Shown here piece after piece: positions 58,585 through 64,000 of a stretch of 64,000 nucleotides of DNA. Both the position numbers and the translations under genes were made by a program. The stretch covers positions 23,090 through 87,089 of the forward strand of contig CAWHDZ010000023.1 in NCBI GenBank assembly GCA_963828255.1, read 5' to 3'. Positions within the stretch are counted from its first letter, which is position 1. The number at the start of each line of letters is the position of its first letter. A model generated the notes under the pieces. It was not told the origin of the DNA. It was given only the letters and a program-made list of their open reading frames with translations, and did no database searches. The DNA comes from an uncultured delta proteobacterium. Lineage in GTDB: Bacteria > Myxococcota > Myxococcia > Myxococcales > Anaeromyxobacteraceae.

Positions 58585-60033
58585 GTGAACCGTGAACGAC
58601 TCTCCGCCGTCATCCGTGCCGCGCCCTGGGTGCCCCAGCCCGGGCCCCAACTCGAAGCCTTCACGAGCCCCGCCGACCAGCTCCTCTACGGGGGACAGGC
58701 CGGCGGCGGCAAAACATCCCTCGCCATCGGCCTCGCGCTCACCAAACACCGGAAGACCCTCTTCATCCGGCGCGAAGCCACCCAGCTCGTAGCCGTGGCC
58801 GACGAGATCGCGAACATCCTGGGCACACGCGACGGGTTCAACGGGACGCTCGGCATCTGGCGCTTGCCCGGCGGGCGCTCCATCCGGCTCGGAGGCATCC
58901 CGAACGCAGGCGACGAGACCAAGTTCCAGGGCGCGGACCACGACCTCAAGGTCTTCGACGAGGCGGCAAATCTAGAGGAGGGGAGCGTCCGCTTCCTCCT
59001 GGGCTGGCTCCGCTCGACAGACCGTTCCATCCGCTGCCGCGCGCTCTTCTGCTCGAACCCGCCCGCCTCCGCGTCCGGGGAATGGCTGATCCGCTGGTGG
59101 GCCCCCTGGCTCGACCCAGACTTCCCGACCCCCGCCTCGCCCGGCGAGCTGCGCTTCGTCGCGATGATCCCGGGGGAAGGGGAGCGGTGGGTGGACGGCC
59201 CCGAGCCCTTCACCGTCCGTGGAGAGACCATCCGGCCGCTCTCGCGGTCCTTTATCCCCGCGAAAGTCACTGACAACAGATTCCTGGGGGCTGACTACAT
59301 CCGCCAGCTCTCCGCCCTTCCGGAACCTCTCCGTAGCCAGCTCTTGCACGGGTCGTTTACTGCCGGAAGAAGTGACGATGAATGGCAGGTGTGTCCATCC
59401 GCCCACGTGAAAGCCGCGATGGACAGGTGGAAGCCGAGCGACACCCCAGGTGAAATCACCTCCCTCGGAGTGGATCCCTCGCGTGGTGGCGACGAAACGA
59501 TCATCGCCATTCGCAGATCGAACTGGCGCTTCGACCCCCTCATCGCCGTGCCGCCAGCCGTCGCCTCGACCGGCGGCGGGGTCACGAAGAAGATCCTGGA
59601 CGTCTGCGGCGACAGTGCCCCCGTTCACGTGGACCCAATCGGCGTGGGGGCGAGCGTGATCGACCACCTCGAAGCGTGGATTCACCGCCGATGCGTGCCT
59701 GTGAATTTCGCCTCACAGTCGAAGGAAGCCGACTTCACTGGCAATTTGAAATTCGTGAACCGTCGCGCGGAGTGCTGGTGGCGGATGCGGGAAATTCTCG
59801 AGCCCTCCCGCGCCATCAAGGTCGCGCTCCCCAGAGACCAGCGGCTCTTCGCGGACCTCTGCGCGCCCCGCTACAGGCTCACGAGCCGGGGCATCCAGAT
59901 CGAGGGCAAGGAGGAGATCATTCGGAGGCTCGGGAGGAGTCCCGACCGTGGCGATGCCGTAGTGCTGGCCTCGATTCGCACACCCATCATCCGCGACGTC
60001 CGCTTCACCACTCACCGTGCATGGGAGGGATGA
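58585..60033 (+). CDS. terL: Terminase large subunit
   Basis: PQPGPQ Q-motif; Walker A YGGQAGGGKT; Walker B VFDEA; motif III CSNP; RNase H-like nuclease acidic residues GVDPSRGGDET, VDPIGVG and SPDRGDA. Confidence 0.93.
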   Translation: MNRERLSAVIRAAPWVPQPGPQLEAFTSPADQLLYGGQAGGGKTSLAIGLALTKHRKTLFIRREATQLVAVADEIANILGTRDGFNGTLGIWRLPGGRSIRLGGIPNAGDETKFQGADHDLKVFDEAANLEEGSVRFLLGWLRSTDRSIRCRALFCSNPPASASGEWLIRWWAPWLDPDFPTPASPGELRFVAMIPGEGERWVDGPEPFTVRGETIRPLSRSFIPAKVTDNRFLGADYIRQLSALPEPLRSQLLHGSFTAGRSDDEWQVCPSAHVKAAMDRWKPSDTPGEITSLGVDPSRGGDETIIAIRRSNWRFDPLIAVPPAVASTGGGVTKKILDVCGDSAPVHVDPIGVGASVIDHLEAWIHRRCVPVNFASQSKEADFTGNLKFVNRRAECWWRMREILEPSRAIKVALPRDQRLFADLCAPRYRLTSRGIQIEGKEEIIRRLGRSPDRGDAVVLASIRTPIIRDVRFTTHRAWEG

Positions 60034-60230
60034 GCATGACCGATGACAAGAAGTCACCGCCCGAATTGAAGCCCGGCACCCGTGTCCCACCGAAGCCGCC
60101 GCCTTCCTGGAATGAGCACGTGCGCCGGATCGTGGAGCGCGATGCCCAAGGCGCGCAGGACTCCTTCGGCTTCCGCTCCTTCCGCGCCGATGGCTCCGTC
60201 GTCCCTCCACCCCGGCGCAAGGGGCGATGA
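60030..60230 (+). CDS. Small hypothetical protein
   Basis: RBS GGGAGG; ATGA overlap with the terL stop. Confidence 0.55.
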   Translation: MSMTDDKKSPPELKPGTRVPPKPPPSWNEHVRRIVERDAQGAQDSFGFRSFRADGSVVPPPRRKGR

Positions 60231-60455
60231 GTGAGCGTCATCTCCAACATCAAGGCACGCCCCGTCGTCCACGCGAGGCCCATCTCGGCTGAAGCTCAAC
60301 GCCTATTCGCCGCCGAGGCGTCCATCGCGGCGGCGTCCCAGGATCTCGTCCGGGCGAGGGAAGCTGTGGATGGGGACTACCGCCGCAAGCTGATGCAGGC
60401 GGAGCACCTCCTACAGCAGCTCCGCATCGCCATGCTCGACGAGGCCCACGGCTGA
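60231..60455 (+). CDS. Small helical hypothetical protein
   Basis: Abuts the previous stop; high GC3. Confidence 0.6.
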   Translation: MSVISNIKARPVVHARPISAEAQRLFAAEASIAAASQDLVRAREAVDGDYRRKLMQAEHLLQQLRIAMLDEAHG

Positions 60456-60458
60456 CCG

Positions 60459-60827
60459 ATGGGCGGCGAAGGCGCACGGCTCTGCTCGGGCCCGCCCCCG
60501 AGCGCCCCGCCGCCGGAGCTGGTGGCGCGTGCACTTCTCGATCTCCGCCTCCACGCCGACCACCCCGTCCTTCTCCACCTGCGCATCGTCGAGCCCCGCC
60601 TGTGGCTGCGCATGGAGCGGCTCCAGGCCCGGGACCAGTACCTCCAGTTCCGCCAGGACGGCTTCACCGTTGGCGAAACCTTGCGCATGGTCGCGAAGCG
60701 GTTCCAGCGCGACCAGCGCAGCATCCGCAGATGGGTCCTCGACCGGAAGAAAGTGGCAAGTCCAGCGAGAGGTGTCACCGCCGGTTGTGGTCTCGTCACA
60801 CCATGCACCGTGACCGAGACCGATTGA
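60459..60827 (+). CDS. Hypothetical protein with C-terminal HTH-like motif
   Basis: GFTVGETLRMVAKRFQRDQRSIRRWV fits an HTH pattern. Confidence 0.6.
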   Translation: MGGEGARLCSGPPPSAPPPELVARALLDLRLHADHPVLLHLRIVEPRLWLRMERLQARDQYLQFRQDGFTVGETLRMVAKRFQRDQRSIRRWVLDRKKVASPARGVTAGCGLVTPCTVTETD

Positions 60828-61120
60828 TGGGCGAGTTCGCCTCCCACAACCGGCACCGCAACCGTCAGCTCCGAAAGATCGCCGTCGAGGTTGTCGCGGA
60901 GGCCCGTACCTCCGGTCAGCCCATCACGAGCGTCGGCGCGCTCCTCGAATCCCGCATCGCTGGCGCGGAGATGGTGGACGGGCTGGCCGTGGAAGCCGAC
61001 GAGTTCCGCCGCTCCCTCCGCTCCCGGATCCGCGCCCGCCGCCGCCTCGCCGCTCTCCTCGTGGCATCCGCCGTCTGGTTCACCCTGCTCGGGCTCGCCT
61101 GGGCGCTTCTCCGAAAGTGA
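60827..61120 (+). CDS. Small protein with C-terminal TM helix
   Basis: TGATG coupling; LAALLVASAVWFTLLGLAWALL hydrophobic segment. Confidence 0.6.
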   Translation: MGEFASHNRHRNRQLRKIAVEVVAEARTSGQPITSVGALLESRIAGAEMVDGLAVEADEFRRSLRSRIRARRRLAALLVASAVWFTLLGLAWALLRK

Positions 61121-61128
61121 GGTCACGC

Positions 61129-61851
61129 ATGGCCCGAAGTCTCACGCGCAGTGACAGGAAGGATCTCGGAGCCGAGTTCGAGATGGTGGAGGAGATGCTC
61201 CCCGGTGCTCCGCCGCCCGACCCGCTCCCGCCGTCGCCCGAAGACGAGTTCGCCATCGTCGAACCCGCCCCCGCGCCGTCGCCTCCCCCGGCGCTGCCCA
61301 CCGAGCAGGAGATCGACGACCTGAAGGCTCTCCTCGCGAAGAAGCGCACCCGCAGGGGAGAGCTGGTCGATGAGCAGGCAGCGGTCGAGGACCGGCTGTC
61401 GCTCGTCGCGGAGCAGCTCGCCGTGGCGCAGCAGGAGGCGCGCCGCCGTCGTCACGACCAGCTCATCGAGCCATCCGAGGCGCGCGAGGGGGCAGCCCTG
61501 GAGGCCCGGGAAACCGTGAAGCGGCTGTACGAGGAGGAATCGGAGCTGCTCGACTCGAAATCCGCGTTCAGCCCCGCCGCCGACGACCTCGACCGGCAGA
61601 TCGTCCAGCTCGCCCGCCAAATCGACTCAGCGAAGGTGGCCCGGGTGAAGGAGAAGCTGGAGGCGGGCCGCGCCCACCGTTCCGATGTGCTGCTCCAGGC
61701 GATGAGCGAGGCGTTGGTGCTCTGGGAGTTGACCGGGGCCCTCGCGCCCGCACCATTGGACTTCGGCCCTTTGCTGAACATCACCATTGGTCACGACAAG
61801 TCGATCACTGAAGCCGCCCGACTGCTTCGGGCCCAGGAAGGACTGCTCTAG
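61129..61851 (+). CDS. Coiled-coil hypothetical protein
   Basis: RBS GAGGT; Pro-rich N-terminus followed by long heptad-rich helices. Confidence 0.75.
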   Translation: MARSLTRSDRKDLGAEFEMVEEMLPGAPPPDPLPPSPEDEFAIVEPAPAPSPPPALPTEQEIDDLKALLAKKRTRRGELVDEQAAVEDRLSLVAEQLAVAQQEARRRRHDQLIEPSEAREGAALEARETVKRLYEEESELLDSKSAFSPAADDLDRQIVQLARQIDSAKVARVKEKLEAGRAHRSDVLLQAMSEALVLWELTGALAPAPLDFGPLLNITIGHDKSITEAARLLRAQEGLL

Positions 61852-62349
61852 ATGACCCCCCGTGAACACGCCTTGAAGCTCGCTGCACAGTTCGGTCTCT
61901 CCCCGGAGGACACAGCCGACGTCGTCAGCCGCGCCGCGACCATGCAGAAGATGACGGTGGCCGAACTCCAGGCGGAGCAGCAGTCCATCATCGCCGCCCC
62001 CTTCGCCCCCGGCGCTCGCCGTGGCCCCGTTCATGCCGCGCTCAACGCGATGGCGACATTCGCCCTCGCCACGACCCGCGCCGAGAACCTCCCACCGGGG
62101 CCGGGCCGGGAGCAGGTGCTCGTTGGGGCCGGTCTCGCGCAGCCTTCCGATCCGGTGCCCGACAAGCGCAAGGTCGAGGTCTCGAAGTGGCACATCGACG
62201 TGAAGCGCGTGGACGAGCGCAGGGCTGCCCTGCGGAAGACCATCGACAACAGGACGCTACCTTCGGAAGTTCGGGCAGCGGCACGCGAGGAGATGGGGAA
62301 CCTCCGCACGCCCGCCCCGGCCCCTCCACCTCCCGTCATTCACGATTAG
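61852..62349 (+). CDS. Hypothetical protein
   Basis: Abuts the upstream stop; AGGA upstream; high GC3. Confidence 0.7.
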   Translation: MTPREHALKLAAQFGLSPEDTADVVSRAATMQKMTVAELQAEQQSIIAAPFAPGARRGPVHAALNAMATFALATTRAENLPPGPGREQVLVGAGLAQPSDPVPDKRKVEVSKWHIDVKRVDERRAALRKTIDNRTLPSEVRAAAREEMGNLRTPAPAPPPPVIHD

Positions 62350-62358
62350 CAAATAGAA

Positions 62359-62388
62359 GCGCCGCCAGCTTTGGCGAGCTGGCGGCGC
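62359..62388 (-). terminator. Perfect 12-bp hairpin with a T-rich tail on the minus strand
   Basis: GCGCCGCCAGCT-N6-AGCTGGCGGCGC preceded by AAATAGAA. Confidence 0.55.
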
Positions 62389-62442
62389 GACACCACGGAT
62401 GCTGAGACAGGGATAGCTCGCATCCTAGAGACCGAGGACGCG

Positions 62443-62676
62443 ATGCGCAATTCCATCGGCCCTGTCCCCAAGACCCGCGAGCAGCTCGCCGTCTACTTCG
62501 ACCAACGTGCCGCCCGCTTCGAGCAGCTCGGAGCTGTCCGCATAATGTACTTCTTCCTCGACCTCGCCGCAGACCTACGCTTCGGGCTCACCACACCGAA
62601 GGCGGCGAAGCAGAAGGCGGCGACGTGGATCGAGTACGCGGGGTGCTCCATTCCCGTCGAGGAGCGCCACCCGTGA
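62443..62676 (+). CDS. Small hypothetical protein
   Basis: RBS GAGGA and ATG; high GC3. Confidence 0.6.
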   Translation: MRNSIGPVPKTREQLAVYFDQRAARFEQLGAVRIMYFFLDLAADLRFGLTTPKAAKQKAATWIEYAGCSIPVEERHP

Positions 62677-62681
62677 CCGGG

Positions 62682-63014
62682 CTAGACGCGGTTGATGTGG
62701 GGGTTCTGGCCCGGGGCGTAGATGCGCGTGGTCCCGGTCAGCTCGATGTTCCACTCCCGAGCCGCGTCGATGTAGGGCGCGAGGAGTTCCTCTGTCTTGG
62801 TCATGCGGCATTGGCCCACGAGCTTCTCGAAAGCCCGAGCCGCCCACTTCTGGACCGGGGCGCGCACGGCGCGCCGGTAGAACGCGACCTGTTCGAGCAT
62901 GAACGGGTCCGCGTTGTAGTGCTCGCGAACGTAGGCATCCACCAGCTCCACGAACCCCTCCGCCATCTTCCTCCGGTCCCTCTCCGTGTCCTCCATGCGC
63001 GGAAGGGTAATCAC
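62682..63014 (-). CDS. Small hypothetical protein (only clear minus-strand gene of the element)
   Basis: Protein-like composition and high GC3; start uncertain. Confidence 0.6.
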   Translation of the reverse strand: MITLPRMEDTERDRRKMAEGFVELVDAYVREHYNADPFMLEQVAFYRRAVRAPVQKWAARAFEKLVGQCRMTKTEELLAPYIDAAREWNIELTGTTRIYAPGQNPHINRV

Positions 63015-63159
63015 CCGTTCCAGCTTTGCAACCCTCGCCCCCGGTGGGACAACCCCCCACGAACACCTTGTAGGCCCTGAATCGTGGGCCCCGCCGGGGG
63101 CGTTTCATCGTGTCTGCCAAGCGGCTTGACGGGATCGGCAGGCGACTTAGGTTGCCGGG

Positions 63160-63432
63160 ATGAAGCGCGTGACCAGGATCTACGTCGTGGACCGGAAGAC
63201 GGTGGAGACTGCCGCCCAGGCAGGCATCCACATCGACCCCCATGACCCTCACGCCATCGCGAAGCTGCGCCGCGAGGTCGCTCGGTTCCAGGCGGGGATC
63301 GAGAAGGGTCTCACGTGGCGCGCCGACCCCGAGACCCGTGGTGATCCCGACTGCGACCACGGGGACGATCCGAACCTTGGTGCCTGCTGTCGGTGCGGGA
63401 AGCTGCTCAATCAGCTCGCGCGCAAGCCGTAG
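63160..63432 (+). CDS. Small Cys-containing hypothetical protein, possibly leaderless
   Basis: TTGACG-N16-TAGGTT ends 6 nt before the ATG; CDH...CCRC cluster. Confidence 0.55.
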   Translation: MKRVTRIYVVDRKTVETAAQAGIHIDPHDPHAIAKLRREVARFQAGIEKGLTWRADPETRGDPDCDHGDDPNLGACCRCGKLLNQLARKP

Positions 63433-63468
63433 GGTGGGCGCGCAGACCCGCCTGCTACCGTCCCCGGC

Positions 63469-63666
63469 GTGAGCCATCGCCGTCGTCCCCTGCCACCCGT
63501 GGAGCCGCTCCACTGCCCCGGGAGCTGGCTCCCAGAGCCTCACCACCAGCCCGGCGAGCTGGTGGCCTGCGCCATCTGCGGCAAGCCCCTGGTGGTCGTC
63601 CCGCCGCCCGAGACCCACGACCCGTGGCCCGGCTCGACGGCGGCGCGGGTGGAGCCGCACGGGTAG
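63469..63666 (+). CDS. Possible small zinc-binding protein
   Basis: HCPGS...CAICG; short, weak RBS. Confidence 0.35.
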   Translation: MSHRRRPLPPVEPLHCPGSWLPEPHHQPGELVACAICGKPLVVVPPPETHDPWPGSTAARVEPHG

Positions 63667-63847
63667 TCCGCAGAGCGCGCCAGGAAGGGCAGGGGAGGGC
63701 GCTCGGCAGCCGGCGGGGCATCGGGGCGTCTGTGTGCTCCTGCGCGTCCTGGCGGGCCCAGGGATTCGTTCTGGCCCCCATCCCCGGGTCATGTTCGAGG
63801 TGTGCCCGGCTCGCCCTCGACCTAGGGATTATCGGTCCCTCCGAAAC

Positions 63848-63867
63848 CGGGTACAAAAGCGGGTACA
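63848..63867 (+). repeat. Right arm-type repeat pair CGGGTACA x2 (12-bp period)
   Basis: CGGGTACA at 63848 and 63860; same spacing and orientation as the pair at 50685. Confidence 0.75.
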
Positions 63868-64000
63868 GTCAGCCGCTAGATGTCACCAGTTCACGTCGGT
63901 TCGCGTCGAAGCTGGTCAAAGCATATCGAAGCGTGCTATCAACGGTTTCAGCGCGCTCCGTAGGGATCCTGCGGGGTTACTGAGAGTGCGGGCGGACGAC

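Larger units (their letters stand above)
50593..64000 (+). mobile_element. tRNA-Met-integrated phage-satellite-like element (~13.4 kb)
   Basis: Integrase immediately after the tRNA; xis-like, Rep/helicase, TerS and TerL genes; matching CGGGTACA tandem repeats at both ends. Exact boundaries inferred. Confidence 0.85.

Noticed and set aside
1..64000. CRISPR array, rRNA, IS transposase, reverse transcriptase/retron
   Set aside because: No regularly spaced repeat-spacer array, rRNA-like sequence, DDE transposase or RT (YxDD) motif was seen.
50593..64000. Interpreting the element as a complete prophage
   Set aside because: No recognisable portal, capsid, tail or lysis genes, and end-like repeats limit it to about 13 kb. 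A decayed prophage is not fully excluded.

Overview
This is high-GC DNA with gene content like Anaeromyxobacter/Myxococcota (inferred from the gene families, not tested). Positions 1-50.5 kb are chromosomal genes: speA; antiporters and MscS; a molybdopterin oxidoreductase; a sulfatase / sulfatase maturase / SulP cluster surrounded by many envelope proteins; tRNA-Sec (selC); an M16 peptidase pair; RluA; a Nat-type ABC transporter; mlaEFD; a MacAB-TolC-type pump; yacG; and tRNA-Met(CAT). Several genes there carry single-base frameshifts, which look like sequencing indels. From about 50.6 kb to the window end lies a ~13.4-kb element integrated at tRNA-Met. It encodes a tyrosine integrase, a structured RNA leader with terminator/antiterminator potential, an excisionase-like HTH protein and an Hfq/LSm-like protein. 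It also encodes a 1146-aa primase-like/SF2-helicase replication protein with internal repeats (candidate origin) and both terminase subunits. I recognise no portal, capsid, tail, lysis or repressor gene. Matching tandem CGGGTACA arm-like repeats occur at both ends, suggesting attR lies at or just past base 64000. This candidate phage satellite is the most interesting system in the window.
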